Shown: positions 15,376 to 28,615 of the stretch, piece by piece | How positions within the stretch are numbered: position 1 is the stretch's first letter | Layout of the letters: every line of letters starts with the position of its first letter | Origin: Amoebidium appalachense | Taxonomy: Eukaryota; Protista; Ichthyosporea | Reading direction: 5' to 3' | Assembly (NCBI GenBank): GCA_963693365.1 | Contig: CAVNZM010000003.1 | Span: 9,732,782-9,796,781 of the forward strand | Length of the DNA stretch: 64,000 nt | The notes under the pieces: model-generated | The model's input: only the letters and a program-made list of their open reading frames with translations | Databases searched by the model: none | What the model was told of the DNA's origin: nothing | Translations under genes and position numbers: made by a program

Positions 15376-17470
15376 TGTGCTTGGATGATGTGTGTGTGTG
15401 TGTGCGGGTGTGTGGCACTTTAAATTCCTCTCTTTCTATTCTTTTCTTCCTTTTCTTATCATTCCCTCTCTTCCTATTCTTATCTTTCTTTTCTTATTCA
15501 AGCCCTCTTTTCCTATTCTTTTCTTCCTTTTCTTATTCGTTTCCACTATTCCTGTTCTTTTATCCCATTTCTCATTCATACCCCTCTCCCTGTTTTTCCC
15601 TCCCTTTTCTCGTTCATGCCTTCTATTCCTATTCTTTTGTTCTTTTCCCATTCATTCTCTCTATTCTCTTGCCTCATTCATTTTCTATATTCTTTTCTTC
15701 CCTTTTTTCGTTCGTTCCCTGTCTTCCTGTTCCTACACAGACATTCTTTCTCTTCTTCCTCTTTTCTCCCTCTCTCATTTACTCCCTCTCATTTGTCCAT
15801 TCTCTCCCTTTCTATTCCAGTTCTTTTCTCTCCCACTTCAGAGATAGTCCTTCGTCATTGTCGCACAGAGCTGTTTTCTATTCTTTTCTGTTATTTTCTT
15901 TCTTTTAATATCGCATTCATACCCTCTCATCCTGATCTTTACTTCCTTTGCCCTTCCTTTTCTCTTTCACCCCCTCCCTTCATTCTTTTTTTTTCTTTCC
16001 ACTTTATACAGAGATTGTTCTCCGGCATTGGCGCACAGAGACTGTAGGGAGCACCACTGCACGGTCTGTGCCTCTGTTGGTGGTCAGACTGCAGGACCCA
16101 AACGTCACTGGTATGTATTTCCCCTGAAAATATAGATATCCTGGCTGTATTTTCCCTCCCTCCCTCCCCCCCCTCCCCCCCCCCCCCCCCCCCCGGCCCT
16201 CCCATCCCCTCCCCCCCCCCTGCCCCTTACTTCGCCCTTTTCTCCCCTTTCCCCTCCCCCGTTCCCTACTTCCCCCCTTCCCCCCCCCCCTCCCTCCCCC
16301 TTCCTCCGCCCGTGTCCCAGAATTATGTTGCCTTCCAACCCCCCAACCCCCCCTCTCCACCCATTTCCCCCCTCTCCTCCTCCCCCTTCTTTCCCAACTC
16401 CCCCCCTCCCCCCTCCCCCCTCCTTCCCCTCCTCTTACCCCCTACCCCTCCCTCCGCCCGTGCCCGACAGTCATGCTGCCTTTCCCCTCCCTCTCCACAT
16501 ACACACACCTTTTTTCTGTTTCTCTCTGTGGGTGTCAGAAGCACAACATGTAGCAGCGAAGGGCTGTGTTCTCACGAGGCTGATAGCTGCAATTGTGGTG
16601 GTGGGGTATACGTAAGACCACCAGTGGAGGGGGGAGGAGGGGGGAGGGGTAGGGGGAGGGGGGAGGAGGGGACTGGGGAAGGGAGATAGTGGGCGTGGCA
16701 TTTTTCGGTCTCTCGTTGCCTTTGTGTGTGTTTGTTGGATGGACTGTTCTCAATGATAGGACACACATGTTTGAGTCTTATGCATGTGTGTGCCACACGA
16801 AGCTAATTTCAACAACAGCCTATCAAACCCAACGTTTGTTGTTGTCTCAATCAGATCAGATGGCTTGAACCTCCTCCCTTCCCCCCTACCCCCCCCAAAC
16901 CCCCTACTCCCCCCAATAAAACTAAGCTCTTCCACCCCCTCCCCCCCCCCCCTCCCCCCCCCTCTTCCCGCTCTCTTCCCTCTTTCCATCGCTTGTACCC
17001 TACACCGTTCGCTTCTCTTTTACGATCTAACCTTACACACTCCCCCCCCCCCCCCCCCTTCCCCCCTCCTGCCGACTTCCCCCCTTCTCCCGTCGTCCCC
17101 CAACCCCTAATCCCCTATCACCCACCCCTCTTAAGCTCCAAAACCTACCCCCCCCCCCCACCCTGCCTCCCCTCCTCCACCCCCTCCCCTTTCCCCCCGC
17201 TCCCCCTTTCCCCCTCTTCCCCCTTCTCCTTCCTCCTAACCGACCACAGACATACCAACGCACGTGAGCCAACCCGGTCGTGCCAGCGCTAGTGTATTCA
17301 GCGTAGACCGTGTACGTGAGGTTATCGCATGGGCAACCACACCAGATGTAGCCGTCTACTATAGTGGCATGCAGGCCAACTCAACCACAGTCAACGGTAT
17401 GTAAACAGGCTTAGAAAATGTCTACAGGCATATGCCTACATGCACACGGGCACGAAAAATACTTCACAGA

Positions 17471-17509
<39 letters not shown>

Positions 17510-17743
17510 CCCCTCCCCACACACACACCCAAGACATACGCACAAGCGCACACGTTGTGAAATTTACGCACACACACATGTGCGCACATACACACGGGCA
17601 CACACGGACACATACAAGCACGCACTTCGAGGCGTCCACACACATGCGCGCACGCACGCACGCGCACAAAGGCACGCATACACAAGCACACATATGCAGA
17701 CATCTACAACCACATACCCACCCGCACACAGACACACACACAT

Positions 17744-17782
<39 letters not shown>

Positions 17783-19397
17783 CACGCACAAGCACACACA
17801 CACACACGCACAAACACACACACACACACGCACACAACACACACGCACACACGTGCATACACACACTCACACACACGCACACACATGCACACGCAGAGGG
17901 GAGGGGGGGGGGGGGGGAGGGAGGGAGGGAGGGAGGGAGGGAGGGAGGGAGAAAGAAGCCCACACAGACACATCCTGCACCCACACATACAATCAATCAA
18001 GCTTGTCTCAGAACTGCTTTCCCCACACACAGGCACAATCGCGGACGTAACCACGCCCACACATGCACAACTTTCTTTCGTGCTCTTGGACACACCGGTA
18101 ACCCGGCCCGTCTACCCTCCCACATTTCTTCACCCTCACACACGTCTTCACCCTCGCACATTTCTTCACCCTCACACATTTCTTCACCCTCACACATTTC
18201 TTCACCCTCACACATTTCTTCACCCTCACACATTTCTTCACCCTCACACATTTCTTCACCGTCACACATTTCTTCACCTTCACACATTTCTTCAACCTCA
18301 CACATTTCTTCACCCTCACACATTTCTTCACCGTCACACATTTCTTCACCTTCACACATTTCTTCAACCTCACACATTTCTTCACCCTCACACATTTCTT
18401 CACCCTCATACATTTCTTCGCCGTCACACATTCCTTCATTTTCACACATTTTTTCACCCTCAAAAATATCTCTCCCCCACACATTTCTTCACCCTCGATC
18501 ATTTCTTCACCCTCACACATTTCTTCTCCACACAGGGGAGGAGACAGGGCAATGGGTGGGGCTACACCAACTCAAGGATGGGCTGTTAGTGCACGTGCGT
18601 GCAGTGGTTTGCGAGGTGGAAAGTGGGCATGGGCATGTGTGCTATGCCGTGCTGGAGGACCACCCGGGAGAGAGGGTGCGGCTGGTGCTGGTGAGTGTGT
18701 GTGTGTGTGGTTGTGTCTGTGTGTGTGCGTTGGGGTGGGTGGGTTGGTGGAATTGTGTGTGTCCGTGGTTGGGTGTTTGTGTGAGAGTGTGTGTGTGTGT
18801 GTGGGGGGGTTGATGAATGGGTGGATTTTTTTTTTTTCTTGGTGGGGAGGGGGGGTAGAGTTGTGTGAGGTGGGACTTGGGCGGGTGGGGGGAGGGGAAG
18901 GGGGGGATATCTGTGTGTGTCAACGTACCCCCTTCAACCCACGGCCCTGCCCAAATAAAAAAGAAGGAACGCTCAACAACCATATTCTTCCTTTGAAAGA
19001 CCCATACACCTTCTATTTGAACCTCTCACCGATGCTTCACTTTTGGTCGTAAAAATCTGTTTCATTTTTCTTACCTGACGTTCTGTTGTGTGTCTTCTCC
19101 CAACTCACTGACATTGTTTGGCCGTAGGAGGGGGAGGATGAATGGGTGCGTGAGCTCAAGGGAGGGCTGGAGGGGGTGTGGGAGATGACGTCACTCCGTG
19201 TCAAGTACAGAACACTCACACGTGAGACTTTCCCCCTTCCCTCCTCCTCCCTCCCCCCCCCCCCCCCCCCCTCTCCCCCACAACACACACACATCCCACA
19301 CCCCACACCCCCCTCCGCCCCTCCCCCCTTGCCCTCCTCACGTAACATACATAACCATGCATACGTAGCACACTTTCGAGTGTGTATGTGCGCTCAC

Positions 19398-19466
<69 letters not shown>

Positions 19467-19760
19467 AACACACGCACACAAACACGCACACAAACACACG
19501 CATCCGGATGCAAAAGTAAAAGCCGGGCTTGTATACTGTGAAGGCTACAGGTCTTTCTTTTGCTTGTACACTTTTTACCCTTGTCCCTTTCCTTTTTCCT
19601 AAAGAACATTTTTGGACATCCCAAACTATTACTTCTTAGCCCAAGCAAACACATCCACTAATCCCCACGGGGTTTTCATAACGAAACCTGTTTTTTTTTT
19701 GTTTTTTTTGTTTTTTTTGTTTGTTTGTTTTTTGGTGGTGGTGGTGGTGGTGGTGGTGGT

Positions 19761-19802
<42 letters not shown>

Positions 19803-20462
19803 GTATCCCGTTTCATCCCACCTCTCTCTGTATTAAATTTTCAGTAGGCCATTATTAAACCTTCCCCACTGCTAAAATTCCAATCTCACAACCGTTACAA
19901 TCGTCAAATTTTCCACCCCACAGGAACCCTCGAACTCCACCCGACCCCCCAATCCAAGCTGGGCCAACTTGACCCAAGTGACCCACTATACCAAATCGTC
20001 ATGGATCGGGTCGGCCCGACCCATCATTTTGTGGCCCGCGCTTTGGCCCACCTGGTTGCCGAGGCTGCAACGGGCACGGCATTGGTGCATGCTCACGTGG
20101 CTGCTGTCGAACTATTGGCTGTTGGCGGGGAGAAGAATGCACCACCAAAGGTAAAGTAATGCCTTCTTCCCATCACCCTCCCCCCCCCCTCCCCCCCCCC
20201 CCCCCTCCCCTCCTCCCCCCCCCCCCCCCCCTGCCCCATCCACCCCACCTTCCCATCCACACACCCACCCATAACCATTCTTGCATCCTTTGACCCCCCC
20301 CCCCCCCCTCCCCCCCCCCCCCCCCCCCCCCCCCGCCCCTCCCGATGGTCTCTGCTTATAATGCATAACCCCTCTTTATGTGTATTTCGCACTCTGCAAT
20401 GTATTTTCCTTTGTGCACGTGTACCCCGCACTCCGTAACACATCCCCCCCCCCCCCCCTTTC

Positions 20463-20495
<33 letters not shown>

Positions 20496-21010
20496 CCCCG
20501 GCCACCTCTTCTCTTCCACCGTTCCGCTTTTCCCATCCCGTCTGCATCAACCATTTTCAGGGGATGTCCGTACATTCACTTTGTGTTTTGATTTGTCGTT
20601 TTGGTTAATGCTAAATTCCCCCCTTTGTGGCACATGCACCCTACTGTGATATTAGTACCGGGAGAGATATATATTACGTCAAAAGTATTTATCCCCACAT
20701 ATATGACACAATAGTGCTGAAATTTCAGCCCTGCCTATCATATATCAGCAGTCATATCCGGGATTATCCGGGATAACTAGTACGAAATATTGAAACTATC
20801 TCATATATCCCACAGATAGTCGCTAGAATCTCGGCCCAACAACCGTGGCTACCCCCCTCTGCCCATTCCTCCTTGGTACATGTGGCATGCAGTACTTGTG
20901 GCCTCGCCTTACAGAAGGTTCGATCCCACCCCCCCTCCCCCTCCCCCCAACCCACCCACCCACCCCCTCCCCCTCCCTCCCGCCCTCCCTCCCTCCCCCC
21001 CCCCCCCTTC

Positions 21011-21053
<43 letters not shown>

Positions 21054-22768
21054 CACACACACACACACACACCCACGCTTTTTGAGTGGTGTGAATGCCC
21101 CACCCCCTCCCCCCCCTTCGTGGTGCCTCATTTTATTTGCTCACGCATGTCACTTAACTCTCTCTTCACATTGTGCGAGAGAAGGATGAGGGAAAAGAAA
21201 AAATGGGTCGGAGAGGGGGGTGGGAGGGTGTTTTTTCTTTCTTTCTTTCTTCTTTTTGTGTGTGCATTTCTGTGTGGGGAGGGGGGCGGGGGGGGGGGGG
21301 GGGGGGGGGGGGGAGGGGTGCAGGGGGAAGGGGGTCATCAAAGGAGAAAGAATATAAGAAACAGGTCTGGTCCATAGCAGCATTTACACTCCACCGTGCA
21401 TATCACAAGAAACAATTTGTCTGGCTACAATCAGACGCCCTAGTACAACAGTTACCACTCGTAGGATAATCAGACCTCATTCCCTCCAATCTTTTTCTTC
21501 CATCCATGCCATGAGCAAACACACACTAATCCGAAACTTTCTTTCCTTCACCGGTTTGGGCTTCATTGCTACAAATCCGCCAAACTGTTCGCACTTCTCG
21601 GGTGATCTTTTCACGCTTCGCTTCACCTCACTCGTACATCATGTGGTGCTTTTTCTTTTTTTTTCAACATCACATGCACCTCAAAACCAACTAAAGTGCC
21701 CGATGATGGGCTCTGTTCAAGTGTCTTCTGCCTGCACGCTTAAATTATTTGATTTTGGATTTCCCACTTTTGTGGCGTTTGTTGTTGCTCTTTGTTGTTT
21801 CCTCCACATTTCCAACCCTTTAACGCATACATCCCCCCCTCCCTGCGCCCGGCCTGCCCATCGGTTGAGCCCAGTGTTCATAAAATTTAGTTTCCACCTT
21901 CTCACAAACTGAACCCAATCTCTCCCCCCACTACCCCCCTCCACCCACACCTCCCGCCCACCCACCTCCCTTCCCCCCAGAAAAACCCCCCTCTTCACCC
22001 TCGATGTACATCCATACACACTTGTGTTACAGCACACACAGACACCCACACCCACACCCACACCCACGTGCGTGCGTGCACGCATGCACCCACTCACTCA
22101 CGCCCCTCCCCCTCTCCCCTCCCCTCCCCCCCCCCCCCCCCCCCCTCCCCCTGCTTCCTTCCCATCCCACCCCACACACTCAACACACACATACACACAC
22201 ACACACACGTACAGGGGTCTGATGGTGTGTATGGGCGCTGTCTGCCGTGTGCCCTTGCCGGCAGCAAGCCCACGTCAGGCTGCAGCTCCAGGTGGCAATA
22301 CTGCCCCATGATCCTGTTGCTAGCCGACCAATCACTGCAACAGGTGCTTTGCAATATATCCCCGCTCCCTCCCCCCCCTTCCCTCATCCCTTACACCTTC
22401 TCCCCCTCCCCTTCCCCTGCCCCTGGAGGGACGGTCGCTCGCTATGGTGTTGCCGACCCAGCACACACACACATGTACAGAGCTTCACACGGGCACCCGC
22501 ACACGCGCACGCATGCACGAACGCGCACACAGGCACGCGCACATGCATGCACACACACGTGTGCAGACATACGCACACACACACAAAAACATGCAGAGAG
22601 ACCCATACGCACATGAGAGCAACCCCCCCCCCCCCCCCCCCCCCCTCCTTCTCCCCCTGGTCTTTTCACTGTTGTTTCTTTTTGTCCTGATTCGGTTTCA
22701 CTTTCCGGAGGCTGCAGAAGCGTCACAATTTGCCCAAGATACTGTCTATATCCTCTTCCCCTCCCCCC

Positions 22769-22799
<31 letters not shown>

Positions 22800-22884
22800 A
22801 AAAAAAAAAAAGAAAAACAGGAAAAAAAAACATTCCACAAACAGACAACCCGACTACCCCATAGGCCAGCCAAAATGTGGCCCG

Positions 22885-22918
<34 letters not shown>

Positions 22919-23470
22919 CCCCACCCATCCATATACCCCACCCTTCTTTGGGGGCAAAGAAAGAAGGGGTTGGCGGGGGGGTTCATTTTTTGCTTTGCAT
23001 CAAGCTCCCTTTTTTTTGTTTTTGCCGCGTGAAGCTATGTTGCTTTCGTAGACTCCAATTTTTTGTGTGTGCTAACCCGCGTTTACAATTCCTCACAGCC
23101 CGTGCGTGTATCCGTTCACCCGGAGCAAGTACCGCTTCTGTTGTCGAATCACCCACCCGAAGACTATGCCGCATGGTTGCGCCAACAAAACCCAGTGCAC
23201 AGTTTCACCAATCCCCGCCACACCAACCACAAGTGCGGGAAACCCAACGGCAGGAGCAAAGATTCGCTCGAAAATTCCCGGAAAATTCCGGAAAATTGCG
23301 CCGTGTGTCAGACAGCCTCGTTGGGGTTCCATCCCGTTTTGGAACTTCTTTCGTTGTTGGTGGAATCGGCGGACGAAAAGTTTGGCTTCAGGCTCCTGTG
23401 TGGCGGTACAGAGGATGAAAACGGGTATGTGGTTGCCAGAAATTACCGAATGATGGAATTTATGTTGTGA
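9269..23470 (+). CDS. SHLD2: Shieldin subunit 2 (SHLD2/FAM35A)-like ssDNA-binding protein: long disordered N-terminus, three OB folds, CxxC-CxxC zinc finger; about 1344 aa
   Basis: Phase-consistent GT-AG exons: 9269-9398 (tentative), 10997-13297, 13841-13959, 14912-15071, 16012-16110, 17250-17396, 18536-18690, 19128-19221, 19924-20150, 20816-20917, 22215-22343, 23099-23470; total 4035 nt. Alternative start at ATG 11089. The spliced product contains [136 protein letters not shown] and [17 protein letters not shown]. These are collinear with recalled human SHLD2 motifs (LWRTAAFW, FVELEHLQPDVLVH, LELHTTPWS, YTGCAKCGLEL, IYKQCFSC, YYRPALM, LDENSYP). Confidence 0.82.
14007..14218. repeat. Intronic tandem repeat, about 71 bp x3
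   Basis: CCTCCACCTGTTGCGTTGCCGTCCCCAAACAAATAAAAAAATGCAGTTAGTAGAGCCCGTTTGCC starts at 14011, 14082 and 14153. Confidence 0.92.
18120..18530. repeat. Intronic 18-bp minisatellite (CACATTTCTTCACCCTCA), about 22 units
   Basis: Direct tandem array whose last unit runs into the splice acceptor at 18535. Confidence 0.95.
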
Positions 23471-23599
23471 TAGCGGGTGGCTTGTGGGTCCCTATTGGCT
23501 GTGGGGTTGGGAATGTTGGTCTCTGGGGATCCAGTGAATTTGGTTTCAGTTTTGCTTTTTTTGCTGTTGTGGATATGAGTGTGGGTGGGTGGGCGGGGT

Positions 23600-23630
<31 letters not shown>

Positions 23631-24039
23631 GGGGACTATGTGCTGTGTGTGCGCACGCGGGGGCGTAGCGCGTGTGACTGGTTGTGTGCGGGTGGGTGAG
23701 TGGTTGGATGTACGTCTACGATACTGAAAGCACCGACGGGCTTGTCGCGAATGCTCTCAAACAATGCCATGTGGTGTAAACAAAAAACATAATGATAGTA
23801 GCGCAAATGTGCGATGTTTCTCATTGCCATGTAAATTATGATTGACTGGGGATGATATGTGCTGCTTCGTTACGGAATTGAATTTTATTAATGTTTATTC
23901 ATGTGAATGAAATACCAGACAATGTTTGTGAGTATGCACGCACGAGAGGCAGTGCTCCCAATCCATTTCACAATATATGGCCGACCGTATACCAAACCAT
24001 GAAAGATTATCACACAGGCGCGCGGTAAAAAAAAAAAAG

Positions 24040-24086
<47 letters not shown>

Positions 24087-24100
24087 CCGCCGCCGGCCAC

Positions 24101-24143
<43 letters not shown>

Positions 24144-25866
24144 GCACGCACGCGCGCACACGCACACACATGCACGTGCACGACCGGTTGGCCGCACCGG
24201 GGTAACTCCGGGCATGTCAGAGTTCGATTTTTTTTTTTTTACAACATGCATTCCCTAGCTAGCTGAGGTTCGAGGGCCGGGTGCACATTGACTCGGAGCA
24301 CACGGTAGTGATGCGTTCCGGACCAATCAACAACCCCTCCTTGGTGAATGAATGCTGAATAGGCCCAAACGGTCACGAAACATCAAAGTGCACCTGCACA
24401 TTTAGCTAACCCGCAGACCAATATTTAAGCTGTGTTACTTCCTGTAATGATGTACTGTGTATCTTGCATGGTGATTATATTTAGTAGGTGAAATCAATAC
24501 ATGTATGCGTTCGGTACATTTTGCCTGCATACACAAGTGTAAAAAAGTGCCTTTTGCCCAGTTCGATACTCTTGGTTTAGGGAGCCAGACAAGAAACTAT
24601 GGAGAATTTCCGATTATCACAACCGTCATGAATTATTTTATTTTTATAATGACTTTATGAATTCTGAATCATCTTTTTTTTTTTTTTTTAAGCGGCACTG
24701 CACATTACCGATTTAACAGTATAAAATGCAAAACAAACGCCTCAAACGGTTTTTATCAGACTGCTGAGGCTTCATCATGTCATTTAGCATATCCATTCCG
24801 ACATTACCTATAGCCTCTGCTTACCCATAATATGTAATAGGGGTGTCAGATACTACGATGGCGCTCATTGTTGCCTAGCATGTACATATGTCACTGGCTG
24901 CATTTGATTGGCTGTGCTGGAAAACGCAGTAGGCCGTCGAATGTGGCTGGGCCTCCGGAGATCCGGCAGTGTCGACGCAATAAAAAGTGTGGAAACCCCC
25001 TTACCTATGTACATGGCCGGGGACTTCCGATTTTCGTCGGCTTGATGGAGCCCACCAAGCCGTTTGGAAGTTTCGAGTGATGCGGTCCAAACGTCCGCGC
25101 CAATCACTGTCAAGGGAATCTAAATATAGACTTCCAACCCTTACTCCTTAAGGTTGCTTACACACTGTTTTGATATTCTCTTATTTATGCATTATGCAAA
25201 CTAGAGATTTGACAATAGCCGTGGAAGAAAATAAGCGGTGGTTATTTATTTTTCTGCTTGTTGTATAAGCGCGAGCCTATGATAACTCAATAGTTATATG
25301 CCCTTATGGCATTTTCAGACCCCGCCTCCTCCAACGGGCGCCGGCCACGCAGTAGGCTCCCCCTAACTCCAAACCACATCGAAGAGTGAATTTATTTTAT
25401 AACAAAGGACATAATTTTTATGAGCTATACAAATTAGTTTCTGCCAAAAAGCTGTCAGGTACAATAATTCACAAAACTAAACGTTTACACATCACACTTA
25501 TCGTATATTCTTGAGCCAACGGCAGCTTGAACAGCTTGTAATTTATTTGCGTAAATATTCTCTTGTTCATAAACTGATGTTCTAGGAGGTCGCCGCAAGC
25601 ACATCCCTGATTGGCCGATACATAAATATACCATATAAGGCAACTAAATCTTTGTTTTGAAGAATGCGGCTTTTGCACCCGCTGGCCGCAGGCTATGATA
25701 AAACAAAAACTAAGAACGCTTCCTTTTTCTTTCAGTCCCTCTAACACGACTTAAGTATAGTACGTTTCTTTGGTTCCTTACTTCACCTTCTCTTGACGAG
25801 GCAGACGCTCTATCTATTGTCTTCCGCCCCAACTTCCTCTCCGCAACCCCAAAACCTACTCTGAAA

Positions 25867-26959
25867 ATGGCGCCACGCATGGAACATGACTTTCTGGGGG
25901 ACCTCGAGATCCCCGAAGACGTCTACTATGGCGTGCAGACTCTCAGAGCCATCCAGAACTTCCCCATCTCCAACGAAAAGCTTTCCCAATACCCCACCGT
26001 TGTGAAGGGCTTGGCCTATGTCAAGTATGCTAGCGCAAAGGCGAACGCTGAGCTGGGAACTGTCCCTCAAGACGTTGCAGATGCCATCTGCGCAGCCTCC
26101 AAAGAACTTCTGGACGGTAAACTACACGACCAGTTCCCCATCGGAATGATTCAAGGCGGTGCCGGTACGTCCGCAAACATGAACGCAAACGAAGTGATTG
26201 CAAACCGTGCGCTGGAGATATTGGGCTTCCCTAAGGGCGATTACAAGAACTGTAGCCCAAATGACCACGTCAACTGTTCCCAGTCGACAAACGACGTCTA
26301 CCCCACCGCTATCAAGCTGTCGATGATCATGCTCAATCAGGAGGTGGTCGCTGAACTGAAGGAATTGGTGGCTGCATTCCGGCGCAAGGGGAAGGAGTTC
26401 GCACACGTTCTGAAGATGGGTCGCACGCAGCTGCAGGATGCTGTTCCTATGACGGTAGGGTCGGAGTTTGAGGCCTTTGCAAGCAACCTGGAGGAGGACA
26501 TCGGCCGTCTGACCCAGAACGTAAACCTCTTCCTTGAGGTGAACATGGGTGCTACGGCCATCGGCACCGGTATCACTGCTGATCCTGGCTACAAGGAGAA
26601 ATGTAAGACGTGTTTGGTGCATGCTTGGTTTAATTGATCTTTTTGTGTACACTTGTGCCTTGCATTCACACTTAGCGAAACGGGGTCGTGTGTGTAAAAC
26701 TCGAAAGCACGGAGGGAGGCTGTAAGACATAGCAACGCTTTTTGGCTCCATGGCCATACAGGGGGGGAAGGGGGGGGGGGGATAGTAGGAAGTGAACAAC
26801 ACCTATAGAAAAGGGCGGACAATCGGAGTAAGAAACGGGTGGGAGCTAGGGCAGATAGAAGGCTTGGGTCAACCCAATGGGTTGGGAGCGGTGGAAGTGC
26901 CGACGGGTTGGGATTTGTGTGGCTATTCGAGTAGTAAAGAAGACCGGTTGGGGAGGGGC

Positions 26960-26994
<35 letters not shown>

Positions 26995-27811
26995 GGGGGA
27001 TTACTGACACCTTGTTGGTCGAAAGGAGGGGGGGAGGAGGGAGGGAGATGTAGAAGAAACGGAAGGCGAGAGAGGGGGAGGAGGGGGGAGGGGGGGGGGC
27101 AGGAAAGTGGGGAGGGGGTGATTGAGAAAATAGATGTGTCCGCGGCTCAGATTGCGGATTAAAAGCTAGCAGGCCTGGATCGACGAAATGGGCCTGAATC
27201 CCTTTTCATCCATAAAAAACACTGTATTATATGCACTATAAGCCTAACAAACTTAGGCTTAAAACGCGAAGAATTAAAAGACCTTTTTATTGACACCATT
27301 CGTTTCTTGGCGCGACAAAAAAATACAAACTTTTACTAAGTAAGACTTGGTTTTGTAGCCAAAACGCCGCTGGCGCTGGCGGCGTTAGAAGTTCAAATTG
27401 CAATCCGATGAGATGCCACCGGGGGGAGCCTACAAATTTGAGCTGACACATTTGATTGGTCAATTTAGATAGACAGTCCACCATTTCGAATTTCAGTTGC
27501 TATGAAGGGGGTGTGCATCAACGTTTTACTTAGTGAAAGTTTGCGTTATAATTTATTATGTAGCAAAACTTGGTACCAACATGAGCGCTTTTATTTTTCT
27601 GCGTATTTTTAATTAAGCATGTATGGGGTTTTGACAGCTGTAGCGGCTGAAATGTTGAATAAAATGCTGACGACATACGCCATTATTGATCTGGGCCTGC
27701 TAGCGCTTATTCCGTCGAATCTGGTCCCCGGCGGCCGCGGACACATCTATAGCAACGGAAGGGTCACAGAGGAGATATGAAGTTTCTTCCCTCCCCCCAT
27801 TACCCCCCCCC

Positions 27812-27842
<31 letters not shown>

Positions 27843-28583
27843 ACACACAAAGAGAGAGAGCCTCTCCCTCAGCCTCCGTTGACCCCATCATATTCACCCT
27901 CCACCTTCGTTTGGGGAAGGTAAAAAGAGATGTAGGGTGGGGATGGGGTAGCTAGGTGATAGAGGAGCATGGGGGTGGGAAGGGGTGGGGTGGGGGGGAA
28001 GGGGGGGGAGGGCGAGGGGGGGAAGGGGGACAACGGAGAGACAGACAGACGGATTCAGTTTCCTCCCCCCTCTCCCCCCCAACTTGTACCGAGTCGGAAC
28101 CGATTACTCTTGTGACCTTCCATGCCCATAGGGATCTTTCCCCCCACCCATCTCCACCCAACCCTCCCTTTCTTCCGACGCACACTCACACGAAATAAAG
28201 AGAAAGCGAGAAGGAGCACTGCTTTACACTGTTTTCATTTCATCGTCCCCCCACCGGGCAAAGGGGGGGGGGAGGGGGAGGGGGAGGGCAGATATGCACT
28301 TTTCCTCTCCCATCTCATGTCAATACATTGGCACTCATGTTCCATCCCCCTACGGCTTCTATTTCTTCCCAACCCAATTCCCTCCTTGTCTATTCTTGCC
28401 TATTCCATACTCAATCCCCTCCCTCTCCCAACCCCCACCCCACCCCCTCCCCCGCCCTCGTCTTCTCCCCTCCATATCTCCAACCCTTTAACGCATACAC
28501 CACCCCCTCCTCCTCCTCCTCCCCCCCCCCTCCCCCCCACCGCCGCCACCACCACCTCCTCCTCCCCCCGTCCCTCCTAAAAT

Positions 28584-28615
<32 letters not shown>

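Noticed and set aside
16539-16611. Extra SHLD2 exon ([24 protein letters not shown])
   Set aside because: It ends in the wrong phase, and exons 16012-16110 and 17250-17396 join correctly without it.
17440-18813. 457-aa ORF with SSPSHI repeats (and antisense EGEEMC repeats), or a CRISPR-like array
   Set aside because: This is an 18-bp minisatellite with no spacers, inside an intron; only 18536-18690 is a real exon.
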